A stretch of DNA of 64,000 nucleotides from Chara braunii (GCA_003427395.1 BFEA01000035.1:850453-914452); one strand, 5' to 3'; positions 36,073-50,244 are shown, counted from the first letter of the stretch. The notes: generated from the letters alone by a model not told the origin. Translations and numbers: made by a program.

Positions 36073-37543
36073 GAATGAATGTGCTTGTAGCTCAATTGGA
36101 TCTCCAAACTTCAACAGCTATCATCCGTCAAGGGCATTTCCGTCATGCGGAGAACTTTTTTGGTACGTATTCCCACGTATGGGAGTCGTGTTGCGTACAG
36201 GAATCCGTGTACGGCGCTGTGCGCGTGTAAGCGCAACCTGCATACACGTACGCCGTGCTACCCAGATTTACGGAAACGAGTTCTTAACAACAAAAATGTC
36301 AAGTTCCTTTTAATGTATTGCCAGCTGCCTTACCAAAAAAAAAACAAAAAAAAAAAACACATTGTTGAGTTCAAAATGATGATGTTTCACTTCTCAAAGA
36401 CTATGGACTACGCATTTTTCACTTCTCAAAGACTATGGACTACGCTGTTTTACTTCTCGAAGACGATGCAGTACGTTCTACCATCCCAGAGGACTGAGCG
36501 GAGACCATCTTTCCAAGCTCAACTTGCAGATATATTTACGGAAACAACTATACTTCAGAGTTCATAACGACAGAGCTGTCGACTTCAATCATAAGAAAAG
36601 AAACAACCAATCATTGTCACAACAACTTCACGTGTCAAGAACAACCTATGCAGTGTATGCACTTCCCAAAAACGATGGAAATGAGGGTAGTCTACATAAG
36701 ATGGTAGTCTACACGAGTACAAGAGTTATAAATAACTGCCAGGAAATGATGCAGTGGGTCAACCTGTCTACAAACTCACATCCAATCCGTCACTAACGAC
36801 AGCATGATTAGATTGGATTCACGCAAATAGGGAACAAAACAAAAAGAAGGGGCCATGCTACAAAATGACACCTTGCTTGAGGAGGACCCTGTGGGGCACA
36901 TGACAGCAAACTCAGCGCCCCACATGAAGACAGGGTTAACGAGGAAGATTGCAGCCCATAAAGATGACAAAAAAAGACGAAGATGTCAGAGGGCATAGGG
37001 CAGGAATGATGCAAGAGGGGCAAACCGGGGAGTGGTCTTCCTACAGATGGGAAATTGAGTTGGCTAGCCACTTGGATAGACACATTGTTGAGAATGACAA
37101 ACACATATAAATGTATATACCACATACGTGTGTAGACACACGCACACACAGATGCACCCCCCCCCACCACACACATATATGTGCGTAGACACACACGCAC
37201 GCGCTCCCCCACCACACACACACGCAGCCCCCCCGCCCCCCACACACACNNNNNNNNNNNNNNNNNNNNNNNNNNNNNNNNNNNNNNNNNNNNNNNNNNN
37301 NNNNNNNNNNNNNNNNNNNNNNNNNNNNNNNNNNNNNNNNNNNNNNNNNNNNNNNNNNNNNNNNNNNNNNNNNNNNNNNNNNNNNNNNNNNNNNNNNNNN
37401 NNNNNNNNNNNNNNNNNNNNNNNNNNNNNNNNNNNNNNNNNNNNNNNNNNNNNNNNNNNNNNNNNNNNNNNNNNNNNNNNNNNNNNNNNNNNNNNNNNNN
37501 NNNNNNNNNNNNNNNNNNNNNNNNNNNNNNNNNNNNNNNNNNN

Positions 37544-37598
<55 letters not shown>

Positions 37599-38936
37599 AC
37601 CATGCGGTCGATGTCACGTAGACGGGGCAAACACAACGCCTCTTCACATGGACAATGGCAAGAGAATGACAGAATGTAGAACAGATCCAAGCTACTAGCA
37701 ATTACAAATCCTCTAATTGCTGGGAACTAAAGAGCACCGCAACACCACATATAGAACTGCATGCACAATCTTGTTTTTTTGACTGCTACTATCACCATTC
37801 AACAAAGTGCATCTTGCACTCACCCAAATAGAGCACACTCGTTTCTGAACAAACTAATGATTCGCCCAGGGGCCAACCTGCAGAGCTGCTGCCATGACAA
37901 CCTGAACATGCCCAGCTTGCTCATTATATATATATATATATATATATATATCGTCAAATATATATATATATATATATAATTAACTGGTTTCTCACCTCAT
38001 TCAATCGATCTCTTCATTGTAGATCATCAAGCCGATCATCTCACCCATGGTAGCCTAGTACCTTGGTACTACCTCCAATGCCGCCATGTCAGCACTTCGC
38101 TCATCATCTAGATAGCCCACACTAAAGGAGATGGGAAGCCTTTAGAGAGGCAAAGCACATACAGGTCCTGGTAAGAACAGTGTAACCACTGGAGTCTGGA
38201 GGTAGAGAGAGCGCATGAGTGACGCCCAGTTCTCGGCTCGACCCCAGCTTAACCAAAAGAAAAGGAAGGTTGGTTGACTTGCAATCACATCATTCAGTTT
38301 GAGTGAAGGAAAACATAACGACTCCTCAAGGGGGGAAGCCTTTCGAGAGGCAGAGCACATAATGACCCACATGAGTGGCCCAGTTTGAGTGAATGAAAAC
38401 ATAGCGACCCGCTTTCAACCAAATCAGGTCTTTGACTTGTGGATGCTGACTCATTGCTGGGGCACGAGTCCATAAACCAAATCAGGTTGAGCGCAAGCCA
38501 CCTTGAGTTCGGCCGTGCGATTGAGAAAAGGTGTGGTGACGGGCTAAATCCCCTAAACTGGAAGCACCGCCTTTCACTTGCATCCTCTCTGGAGCTCAGT
38601 GCGCACATGCGCAGGGAATCTGCACACGTGTGAGCTATAGCTCCATCCATCTATTCATCTGGCTGGGCATTCACATTCACAATTTGTCGGCTAAGAGTCA
38701 AGAAATGGATGCTCAAAAGGAGTACAATACACTTGAGACTTGTCGGGTAAAAACACGGGTATGCTTTTTTATCTTACTGAACCTGAAACACGAAAGGCTT
38801 TACCTTCATGTAGCCTTTCATTTACGATAAATTAAAAAAAAAAAGGTAACACGCTTGAGAGTCTCCATGTGTCAGATGGAGCTAAAGTATGTTGCTGCTA
38901 GGCAGTGCTGGCATATAGAGACATTCAATCACTTTA

Positions 38937-39435
38937 CCTCTCAATGCCGATTGGTGAGGACTTGGCAGCTGAGCAAAGCATAGTGTGCCGATAACTAACC
39001 AAGTGAGCAAACAGTCGGCAGTAAACAGGGGCGACTGAGCAAACAATCGCGGTAAACAGGGGTAACTGAGCAAACAGTCGCAGTAAACAGGAGCGACTGA
39101 GCAAACAGGGGTAACTGGGCCTCTCAACGCCGATTGGTGAGGACTTGGCAGCTGAGCAAAGCATAGTGTGCCGATAACTAACCAACTGAGAAAAAACAGT
39201 CGGCAGTAAACAGTAGCACCTGAGCAAACAATCGCGGTAAACAGGGGTAACCGAGCAAACAGTCGCAGTAGACAGGAGCGACTGAGCAAACAATTGCAGT
39301 AAACAGGGGTAACTGAGCAAACAATCGCTGTAAACAGGGGTGACTGAGCAAACAGTCGGAGTAAACAGGAGGGACTGAGCAAACAATCGCAGTAAACAGG
39401 GGTGACTGAGCAAACAGTCGCAGTAAACAGGAGGA
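38937..39435 (+). repeat. 31-bp minisatellite with a higher-order duplication of about 184 bp
   Basis: actgagcaaaca.tcgc.gtaaacagg recurs about 11 times; header ctctcaa.gccgattggtgaggac at 38938 and 39121. Confidence 0.9.
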
Positions 39436-40049
39436 ACCGGGCAGAAACAATCTTCTTACGACCCAGACATCATCATAATAGTCTGAAGGAACAGATAATA
39501 GGGTGAGATTTGCACACAACTGCAGTAAATTAGGATTGCAGCGATATTGTGAAAGTGAAACCTCTTTTACATGACATGGGGTAGCAGACACTACATATAT
39601 ATATGTATACATATATAACCAATGACCTCGAAAGTTGCCGTCGCTTGGGCAACCTTATGGTAAAATCTTTCATGGCTTCCGATGGGATTCCTAAACTGCT
39701 TGCAAAACATGCAGCTGTCAAAATCAGCCGGACATTTCCGGAAAGCCGGGACCAATTCTACCTCTGAAGTTCTGACGATTCAGAAATGCTACCTGCGGTT
39801 CATAAACGGCGGCCCCTGTCCCAGCCACCGCACTGGTTCACCTGCCTGCCTCTCCTGACTACCTCGTTGGCCTCCCCATCTTGCAACAACAAGAATAGTG
39901 GAACAGCATCTGTAATCGGTGGGTTTAGGTGCCTACGCCTTCGAATAACGGACGGACTCTCCACCGCTCCCAGTTCCCAAGACGTGGGTCCTGGAACAAT
40001 CCGCTTGCAAACGGAACAAATTGCTGACCATCTTTTAAAAAAAATAATC

Positions 40050-40420
40050 CCTTTCGCCTACTTCCCGTCCGCATCAGCGGTTACATCGAAATGTGACAAA
40101 ACCTGTAATCAGTAGTAGTACTCGTCACCGCATTCACACACTCCTACTGATGTGTATTTGATCAACCAGCATCAGTCTCAACACGAGTCGTGAGCAGGAA
40201 TCGCTTCCACAGTGAGAGTGAGGAATGGAATATTCCTTTCACCTACTTCCCGTCCACATCAGCGGTTAGGTCAAAATGAGACAAAACCTGTAATAATCAG
40301 TAGTAGTACTCATCACCGCAGTCGCACACTCCTACTGATGTGTACTTGATCAACCAGCATCGGTCTCAATACGAGTCATGAGCAGGAACCGCTTTCGCAG
40401 TGAGAGTCAGGAATGGAATA
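40050..40420 (+). repeat. Tandem duplication of about 187 bp
   Basis: cctttc.cctacttcccgtcc.catcagcggtta recurs at about 40051 and 40234. Confidence 0.85.
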
Positions 40421-41603
40421 ATACCTTTTCCCCAGGGGACTCTGTGACACCAGGTCAGGACGCAGCGAAAGGAAGGTTTAGCACCGCAACAGACAAATTG
40501 CTGTCTGTCTGTCTGTCTGTTCTACAGCAAAAAACAAGCGAGGCAGATTCCTCGCCATATGCCAGGCAAACGTGTCAAGTCTGGTTTCGCGGGGGGATAG
40601 CCCGTCATGAGGGCGGGGGCCCTGACCTTATTGTATCCACTAGGATTTGAACTCATGAACTGTTTAGTAACAGTTGCATGTGCGTAACATTAACCCACAA
40701 GGACGGTACACTCTTTCTTTTCCACGCAAATGTGTCAAGTCTTGGTAACCTTGACAGATATGAAACTTGCACAGGCGAAACTCCAAATGTAAGGGCATAA
40801 GCTCCAGAATAAATACCACACATACATCACAAAGCTCCTTGCAACCGAACCCCGTCTCCAACATAGTTAAGCCCTCCCATTATTTGCTACACGAAGAGGA
40901 CTGTATTTAGTACACTTTCCTCACCTGACACGCGAACAGGACACAGGTCACACAGTCGGAACCTGCACGAAGCAAACCCAACCATACATCAGTCATTGTA
41001 CTCTTAATAGCACGGCAAAAAAACGCATTTCGCCCCTCTTGCTGCCCGCCCCGACATTCCACCCACTACTGCTCTCCCCCAAAGCCAGACTCGCTCAGCC
41101 CCGCCGCCCCCATCCTGCTCTCCATCAGTCGTCGAATGCTAGCCAATTGCAGTCGCTTCAGCTGTCCTGCAAACCACTTGCCACAGCTTCCACAGTCCCA
41201 CAGACCTCAGTTCCAAGCGGTCCAGCGGTCGGTCGACATCGAACTCCCTGCTCACAACTCCAAGATGGCTGTGTCCAAACGCTCATCCACTTTCACGACG
41301 TAGCCAGTCTCTTCTCCGTTCAAAGCGATAGAGCTAGCCTCATCCGGCCCTCCCACTGTGCTCAACAAGCGACTGGCACTCTCCATTGTCACATCCCTGC
41401 CAGTCTGCGCAAAGTAGGGGGCAACGGTGGGCAAGAAAGACCTGCACTCCTGGCAGCAAACCCTTTGCGAACCCTCTTTGAGAATTGCCATCTTTTCTAT
41501 AACATATTTGACCAAGCAATAATTACATTTGATGGATGGATGGATGGATGGATGGATGGATGGATGGATGGATGGATGGATGGACAGCTCAGCTTGCACA
41601 TCA

Positions 41604-42190
41604 TGTCACGCCATCTGCGATCACACCGGTTGACATTGGCAGCCAGGAGTCATGTTCGCGGTCGAAAGTGAGAGAGAAAAATTATCACCTTACAAGCAAG
41701 CAAGCAAGCAAGTTAAGTTCATCAAGGAAATGAATGAGGGAAGCTACACCCGCGGACAACTTAGGCTAGAAAGCAGGAATGAATGCAGCCAGAGGAATTG
41801 CACCAATTACCTGCCCACCCCCACTGGTGATCATTGCCGTGCATATCGATTGAATCGTCAACACATCATCACCCCATCAGGCGCATATGGATCGACTCGT
41901 CAGCAAAGGACCACCAGCGCATCACATCAGCTGTGTGCACAGACAGCGAAGCACACCACCGTTCCCTACTCACCTCCTTCGGCAACAATTGCCATGTGTA
42001 TCGATCAAATCGTCAGCAAAGCACCACCAGCACATCACTTCAGAAGTTCAGATGCCATTGGGACCGCGAAATGCCGTACCGAGTTGACTTCGCCTTGTCA
42101 AAACTCTCACCTCGTCGAACCTTGGAAGAAGAAAGCGTTTCTACACAGCTCTTGGTTTTCTGCTAAACACGTTTGATGTACGAATAAACA
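41604..42190. mobile_element. 587-bp solo LTR with 5-bp TSD
   Basis: CATCA|TGTCACG...AATAAACA|CATCA. Confidence 0.7.
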
Positions 42191-43046
42191 CATCATGAAA
42201 CTACTACAAAACAAAGAATCACATCACTCATGTTGTCCCCCAGTCTTCTACAGTCCAGGGGAAGCATGCCAGGGGAGAGAGCGAATGTGCTCTCAAACCG
42301 CCTGTCGTCTCAATGCCTGGCTGCATGCATTCGCAATTCGTTTCCTTTGCAACTAGGTGACTTTATCAACAACCCGCCCGCCAGCAAACGCACCCACACA
42401 TCTTATGCGTGGACGATGTAAAACTACAGAAGATAACTGAAATAGGTATATTTCAAGACTGGAAGCCAACAAACTCCTGCCCAGCGGCAATTATGCCGCA
42501 GATGCGGCAGCGCTCCAAATCTGCACTGCCGCACCTTGTCGCTCAAGGCTTCGATCAAAGATGACTATAACCACCTTCACGCTTCAGGTAATAAAACACA
42601 CGTGCACAACAACAAGGTCTCCCCCCTCCCTGTTTCTTGACCCTCACACTATACTATATTTCACACCTCCTTCCACACCACACCTCCATTGCCCCTCTTC
42701 GCTGTCAGTGCTGGCAAGGTTTCTGTGCATCCAACCAAGTACACTTGCAGCTAACCAACAGTACGCCGATATCAATAGTGTACCTTCTTTAGCCGCATTG
42801 CCAATGCCTTGGCACATACACTTCGTACGCACCATTCGCAGGTAGGTGGCAATTACGAAGATAGCCACTGCCTGCAAGCAGTGCACCACAAGTCGGAATT
42901 ACCCGCCCACTTTACACCGCCAGCTCCATAGCCATAGCCGGAACTGCCTGCAATCTGCACGCAAGCAGTCAATGGCAGTGAGGCATAACCCATGCTAGCT
43001 CTCAAGCGGAACTACCGACTTCCACCGCCAGCTCCATAGTGGGGTC

Positions 43047-43204
43047 TCACATCCATCGGCGAGTCGACGCCGGCGAAGATGATGCAGAACTTGACCGTGA
43101 GTTGGCCCCAGATGGCATTCTGCCCAAGGATTTTTCTGAAGATGTTGAATTCTCACCCTCACTCATTGCAGAGTCTGCGGCTTCAGATCTCGAATCCTTA
43201 GAAC
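43047..43204 (-). CDS. Kinesin-14 terminal exon
   Basis: Strong acceptor cttctctctctgctgctgcag|; 2+156 bp encoding SKDSRSEAADSAMSEGENS...SPASTRRWM*. Absent from the ORF track. Confidence 0.68.
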
Positions 43205-43316
43205 CTGCAGCAGCAGAGAGAGAAGGCAGATGAGTTCCTCAGCGAGCAGGATATGCAGAGAGAGACTCGTTATCAGCTCAGTATACTAACTCGATACCAA
43301 CTCAATCAATGGTAAC

Positions 43317-44176
43317 TGCAATCAGACTCGTTTTCAAACACACTTTTCATGCTTGTAAACAGCAACGCAGCATACTGGCGACATGCGCCCACTCAAAACT
43401 CAGAGATATGGCTTTCAGATACGAGTTCACTCTCAATTGGCTATGGCGACTTCAGCGCCCAAACATCTCACTGTTCACATACACTGGATCACCCTGGATA
43501 TCCCATACGCTTCACTCTAACACTCAAACACACACACACTTACTACTAACTACAGCTATGGCAGCTGTCGCTGCATCTACCCTATCGCTATGCTAACTCC
43601 NTCTCTCTAGCCCACTGCGTCCTCCGGGCTCATCTGCAGACCTCCTTGCACAAGTCGCTGTGGCAGCGCTTCCGCATGGCTCACGCAGGAATGAATGAAT
43701 GGCTGGGCGCTGCCTCTTGATTTATACTTCAGAAANTCGTTGGTCTGCCCTTTGCCATCGGCCCTTGGTGCTCACAGTCCCCCTGTGGTACTTGCTGGAC
43801 TGGACTGGGGCTCTCTAGACCCTTCTGCTGACTGTAGGCAGTCGTACCGTCGACTCAGTGCAGTTGCACTGAGGTCCTACCTGTTGACCTTGCCACTTGT
43901 CTTCGTCTGAAAACGTGGGCCTACCTTAGACTCACCACTCGACCACTTGCCGACCTTCTAGAAGGACTACAGCTAGGCCTCTGGACTCTACTTGGACTCC
44001 TACCTTACAGGTCTACAGTTCGAATCTCCATACAGCCTACAACCTACGGCGACCTACTTACCACTGGCTATNGTGCAGGTCACGGGTTCAACTCCAGGGA
44101 ACTGTGCAGATACTGTACACAGGTAAGCTGAGGTCAAGGGATCGACCCCTGGGATCTGCATCGGCTACTGCCAAAA
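43317..44176 (-). mobile_element. Family A LTR copy in the last kinesin intron
   Basis: Collinear with 289-1287 (e.g. atgaatgaatggctgggcgctgcctcttgatttata and gggatcga..cctgggatctgcat). Residual PBS-like gatacca at 43293. Confidence 0.85.
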
Positions 44177-45842
44177 AATCCGAAAAAAAACTATGTTATG
44201 CAGAAAAATAAACTGAACAACTTTTGCCTCAGGGTCACATCGAAATATTCTTCACCAAATTTAGAATAAAAATTAAAATTTAAAAATATTTTTTTATTTT
44301 TATATTTTTATTTATTTTTGGCCCGGCCGGGCCACTCTGGTATAGCCTAGAAGTTATGTGATATGTGACTCGTCATCTGAGGGTACACTCACACTCGCAC
44401 TTCCAAGAATGCATCCGACTGAAACTATGGCCAGACCGGGATGACTCCGACTGCAATCACGTCCAGCGCTTTGTCAAAAAAGTCCCGATTGCGACGACGT
44501 CCTGATTCCCAGGATATCCAAGCAGGCACACGCCATGCAAGGGAACTCTGACAACGACTTATCCCGCAACTATCATAGCAAAGCCCTGATAGGAACGGAG
44601 GAGACGCAGTTGCTTCTGATAAGAGTGACATTCACACTTTCCAGAATGCATCTGACTGAAATTACGGCCAGACCTGGATGAATCTGACTGCAATCACGTC
44701 CAGAGCTATGTCCTGATTCCTATGATATCCAAGGAAACAAACACATACTAAGCACAACAGACCTTCCGATAGGAAAGTCCAAACACAGTGGCTTAAAGTA
44801 CACAGGCTTTTCTTTTTCTTTCCCTGTTCCTGAGCACCACGGGATCAGAAATTAAACTGATCAGAACAGAAACTACAAACATGTGAGTTAACAACAAAAG
44901 GAACAGATGGTTCACTCTATCTTAGCCCAAAGGCTGACAGATGTGAAAAAAAATGCTAGTTCACATGTGCAGACAGACGGCCGACCATACCATTCACCCG
45001 CCCGCCAGAGAGCATTAAGCGCAAGGAGATCTCTTTTGTCATGGCTGATGTATGTCGGTCCATCCCTCAGTCTGTCAGCCTGCCTGCCTGCCTGCCTGCT
45101 TACCCGCCCGCAACCCCACCTGGTCACCCGGAACGCAATGGCACCAATCTTTTCCCATTTTCCTCTGTGTGGAGTTTGCAAGTGCAGGTGTTAGTTAGTG
45201 CCACAGAGTGCCCGAGAAATGGTACCGTCTTCCCCCATCCACCAGCCCATCCACTCGCTCACCTGGAATGCAATGGCTCCGATCTTCCCATTTTCCTCTC
45301 TCCGGAGAGGCTGCAATCGTACTGTCTTCCCCCCAGCACAACACACCTGTGTAATGAATGCATACAAGCTAAATTTTTTCCAGCAGTTGTCACGAGTTGT
45401 TCCAACTCTGAAACAGGGTGTAGATTTCCTTCTCTTTTTCAATGCCATCCTCTTCCCTGTTTAGCATTCCTTCCCTCACCCATCCACAGCTACCATACAC
45501 GCCATCCCTTCCAATTAACATCCACCACCCTTTGTAACATTTCTCCACCAGTCCACTCGTTCCACCCCTGTCTCCATTAGGCTGCTCCTTATCCCACCCA
45601 TCTTTCCACCAATCTCCCACCTTATATGTCCTCCCACTTACATCCTCCCTGCTTGACTGACAGTGGTGTTCCATTTGTTTGCCCAGGCTAAAGAAACCAC
45701 ATAGCTTCAAACATGACAGGCTGCTAACAGAACTCTTCATGGAGGGCAGGAGAAGAAGATATCCCTTGAGTGAATGAAGCAGTTAAAAGGGAGGGAAAAT
45801 GCAAGCGATGATGGGCTCGAGAGAATCCTACCTAATGCTAAC

Positions 45843-46216
45843 ACCCAGCCATCGTTTCCGTGCATTGTGGTGGAAGGATAGGAGACACAGGAGGAGAACC
45901 AGCAGCGGAGGTTCCAAGTATCGACGAGTCCTCATCGCACGACTTACTCGATGACATGGAAACAGACATTCTTCTTCCGCCTTTGGAGACACTAGCCCCG
46001 CCGGGTCCAGCCCCTGCCAGCCCCTGGACTGATCGCCTGACCCCCGGTCCTCTTGACGGAACCGGAATGAAAGAGGTTCCCGATGCCAAACCAGAGGTCG
46101 AAGACGAAGTCGTCCCACTTGATGCCCCACATATTAACCGCGATGTCGTTCGAGCCAGCTGGGGAGGTTTAGGGAGCTGCGAGCTGCTGGAGGAAAGCGG
46201 TGCTGAGACTGTTCTG
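45843..46216 (-). CDS. Kinesin-14 exon (tail)
   Basis: Phase-2 NAGNAG acceptor (ctcag|CAG|) restores the frame RTVSAPLSSSSSQLPKPP...TMAG. The donor T|GTTAGC was chosen because it gives the phase 1 needed by the last exon, so its position is less certain. Confidence 0.65.
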
Positions 46217-47171
46217 CTGAGATACACACACACAAAGCAACAGCAAACCGTGAATAAAGTGTGAAGTCAGTGGACGGCCGATATGGCAAGGCAGAAGCAA
46301 GATATTCATGGCCTCATTCTCCCCCACTTACAAGCGAAAACAAACCGGCATGATTGCTTCTCATACAGCGGTTTACAAAACAAGATGACCGAGAATGGTT
46401 TAGTCTAAGACGGATTATATTCGTTTCGGTTTAGCAGTCGAAGTCAAAAGCTAACTCAAGTGAACCAAACCCTAACTCAGTTCGAGCGAACAGCTACTTC
46501 AATCGCAGTGCACAGCTATCTCAATTGGCGTGAAAATCTAAGCTCAAGTTAAAAGCTAACTCAACTGAAGTACAAAACTTCCATCACCAACACAGTTCTA
46601 CCATAATGTAGAGCACTGACGCCCACAGAACACCTCGATCATATTTTCTTGTCAGTTGTTTTCCCTTTCATTTTTGCTTAACATTCCACGAGGTAACTAT
46701 GACAGTATCCGGGCAGCTAGACTAACAACATTTTTGCTTCCAAGCCTAACCTGCCAACAGCTGAACTGTACAACCTGCCAACAGCTGAACTTTGCAAACC
46801 GATTTGTAGTTGCAGTCTACTGTCAGTCTAGCACCAAATAATTGTGCCCACAAATTACACTGTACAGAATNNNNNNNNNNNNNNNNNNNNNNNNNNNNNN
46901 NNNNNNNNNNNNNNNNNNNNNNNNNNNNNNNNNNNNNNNNNNNNNNNNNNNNNNNNNNNNNNNNNNNNNNNNNNNNNNNNNNNNNNNNNNNNNNNNNNNN
47001 NNNNNNNNNNNNNNNNNNNNNNNNNNNNNNNNNNNNNNNNNNNNNNNNNNNNNNNNNNNNNNNNNNNNNNNNNNNNNNNNNNNNNNNNNNNNNNNNNNNN
47101 NNNNNNNNNNNNNNNNNNNNNNNNNNNNNNNNNNNNNNNNNNNNNNNNNNNNNNNNNNNNNNNNNNNNNNN

Positions 47172-47241
<70 letters not shown>

Positions 47242-47246
47242 CTTAC

Positions 47247-48106
47247 GCAGAGTCAGGAGTTGCAGACTGGGGCCGTGGAAGCCTGCTGCCAGCATTTCTT
47301 GCCCTTGCAATATCATGTGCCTGCAAAGAAGATCTAACTGACAGCGCTGGTGCTGCAGCTGCCGATGCAGACCTTTCGAAGCCTCCTGAACCAACCTCGA
47401 TGCTGGCCCTCGCGCTCACAGGTCTCCTAGCAGATCTCGGTGGGGTGACAAAACCTTTTGAATAAAGCTTTCCAACCTCTGCCGGCACTGCATCCCTCGT
47501 CAAGGGCGCCGGCCTCATTTCACGTGGAGGTGGCGATTTCCTTCCTTCCAATCCCCGAGGCGATTCATCAAGAACTGGACCCCGAAAGTCATCATTTGAT
47601 TCCCTAAGTGGGTCTTTTAGAAAAGCACCAGGGCTCCTGCTTCGCTTGGCAGTGGATGCAGGTGTTGCCGAGGGGGCAACAAGCCCCATCGACAGACCTG
47701 CGCCAACGTCATGACCAACGACCCCTCCTACTCCCATCGCAGTCCCCTCCACCGCTGCATTCTCATCATTCCAATCCTCAAAGCTCACCTCCTGCACACG
47801 CGGAAGCTGCAGGGACATAGCCCCCACCACATCCCGAGTTCGCCGGCGATTGGGAAGCGAGGGCAGGTTCTGAAGAGGAGGCGAAGACGATGCCACCGGC
47901 TCCCCGGGGCTGCAATCTGCCATCCTTTTAGCAACACCTACAATTTCCTCCGCCGAAAACCCTGAGTCCGAGACCGAGGACTCCCGGTCCTCTCCACTTG
48001 ACTCTTGACTATTGCTGCTTCCATTACTGTCCTCCATCACAGTAGAAGGTCTGCTGCTTGCCTTCACATGTGTTGATGGCATTGAATTCCCTCGTAACAG
48101 CATTCG
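47247..48106 (-). CDS. Kinesin-14 exon (Ser/Pro/Arg-rich disordered tail)
   Basis: 860-bp open frame RMLLRGNSMP...PDSA. Phase-0 acceptor tatcag|, consensus donor GC|GTAAGT (phase 2). Not repeat-like. Confidence 0.78.
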
Positions 48107-50244
48107 CTGATACCCCCCGGACCCCCCCCCGCACCCCCCAAAAGAACAACAAAAGACAGAAATAGGTCAGCCAACCCAAGTTCACCTGACAAAGTTTGTC
48201 GGAGCCACTCATAGAAACCACAACAGATACCACCGGAAATGATCCATAAACCAGTGCTGCAAGCCCGGTAGGACTGGGGGCCCGTCCCCCTGCTGGAACC
48301 GGACTGGTCTTACCGGCCGGTCGACCGAGCCGGTCCCCCCCCCGTTGGCCGTAGCACATCATTTATTATTATTATTATTATTATTATTATCATTTTAAGT
48401 CTAGGGTGTTGTAGAGGCCAAGGACTAGACCCATGGTGATCGCTCGCAGCAGCAGCCGGTGGTTTTCCTGACAGGATAGGCCACCTTCCCTACCCTTCCC
48501 CACGTTAATACTCCCAGCGGACCCCCTATCCCTACTATCCTACCTCAGTGCGACCAGCCTTCAGGACCATCACCCTACCAGTATCGAGGGCAACTTGGAC
48601 CAACTTGTGGGGGTGGTGTAACGAGTACGAGGTCGAGGGAGACAGGGAGAGCCGAGGGAGAGGAGAGAGAGAGAGGGAGAGAGTGAGAGCACACACACAC
48701 ACTCACTCACTCGACACGACACGACCGAGGGTCGGACGCAGACACAGTGGCAAGGACACAAAGTCGAAGTCTTCNATTCCCGAATGNCGAAACATGAGCA
48801 AGTCACACTGAGTACGANTACAGCAGCTGAAAACTGGTACCAAGGACTCGTCCCCTTACCGTACGGGGAGCCGGTATAAGTACCGGTGACACGTACGGTA
48901 CTAGGGGCATTTCTGCAAANNNNNNNNNNNNNNNNNNNNNNNNNNNNNNNNNNNNNNNNNNNNNNNNNNNNNNNNNNNNNNNNNNNNNNNNNNNNNNNNN
49001 NNNNNNNNNNNNNNNNNNNNNNNNNNNNNNNNNNNNNNNNNNNNNNNNNNNNNNNNNNNNNNNNNNNNNNNNNNNNNNNNNNNNNNNNNNNNNNNNNNNN
49101 NNNNNNNNNNNNNNNNNNNNNNNNNNNNNNNNNNNNNNNNNNNNNNNNNNNNNNNNNNNNNNNNNNNNNNNNNNNNNNNNNNNNNNNNNNNNNNNNNNNN
49201 NNNNNNNNNNNNNNNNNNNNNNNNNNNNNNNNNNNNNNNNNNNNNNNNNNNNNNNNNNNNNNNNNNNNNNNNNNNNNNNNNNNNNNNNNNNNNNNNNNNN
49301 NNNNNNNNNNNNNNNNNNNNNNNNNNNNNNNNNNNNNNNNNNNNNNNNNNNNNNNNNNNNNNNNNNNNNNNNNNNNNNNNNNNNNNNNNNNNNNNNNNNN
49401 NNNNNNNNNNNNNNNNNNNNNNNNNNNNNNNNNNNNNNNNNNNNNNNNNNNNNNNNNNNNNNNNNNNNNNNNNNNNNNNNNNNNNNNNNNNNNNNNNNNN
49501 NNNNNNNNNNNNNNNNNNNNNNNNNNNNNNNNNNNNNNNNNNNNNNNNNNNNNNNNNNNNNNNNNNNNNNNNNNNNNNNNNNNNNNNNNCACCCCCCCAA
49601 ACAAACTTCTCTGCTCAAAGTTTTCTTTGCGGATTCATGGAGATCTCAGCAAGCGCAGGCCAACCATGTTTTCAAAAAAAAATAATAAAAAAAAATTGAC
49701 CCACTTTTGGGCCCAACCGGAATTCCAGTTGGATCACCCGGGGTCCAACCAGCCCGGTTGGATCCGGCCCGGTCCAACCGACCGATGGCCGGCAGAGCCC
49801 TGCCATAAACACCAAAGGGGTGAGTACCACCGTAGGATAATGATCCTTGCTCACTCTTGCAGTAGCCCTACACTGAGCTTCTGTAAGATAAAAATTCCAG
49901 CAGTCACAACACCATGAGAATGTGAGTAATGTTGTCAGTGTTGAAGCTGCCACTGCAAATCCTGCTAACAAGTTGGAAAGCCGTGTGATGTGCAACATCT
50001 TAGCACTCGAGACGTCACTCACTTGTCTGTGCGAGGAATGAGCCGTCGTGGGGGCCTTATCAGACATGCCCCGTAATTCCTACCCAGGTGCACCAGTCTG
50101 ACTCTACCCCTATCCCCCACAATTCCTACCCAGTCCCCTTCCTTCAACATTGGACCCTTTCTAAGTATGGAGTTCTATTCCAGCGGGAAGCTCTCAATCA
50201 TTTCCCCCAGAGCCTCTTCCGTGTGGGGGCAGTAGTGCAACCAT

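Noticed and set aside
36524-37000. Further plus-strand exon candidates
   Set aside because: Splice signals are weak, and they lie after the in-frame stop at 32889.
38937-39435. CRISPR-like array of 31-bp repeats
   Set aside because: Units are contiguous with no unique spacers, no cas genes are present, and the context is eukaryotic.
41039-42176. 210-aa and 174-aa plus-strand ORFs
   Set aside because: They cross a (GGAT)n tract or lie in a solo LTR, and show no recognisable domain.
45860-46264. Plus-strand acidic ORFs here and at 43039-43233
   Set aside because: They are antisense shadows of the kinesin exons, whose splice sites and phases fit the minus strand.
48570-49917. Long ORFs of 270-344 aa, and similar ones near 2.7, 37, 47 and 51 kb
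   Set aside because: They are artefacts of N gaps and dinucleotide microsatellites.
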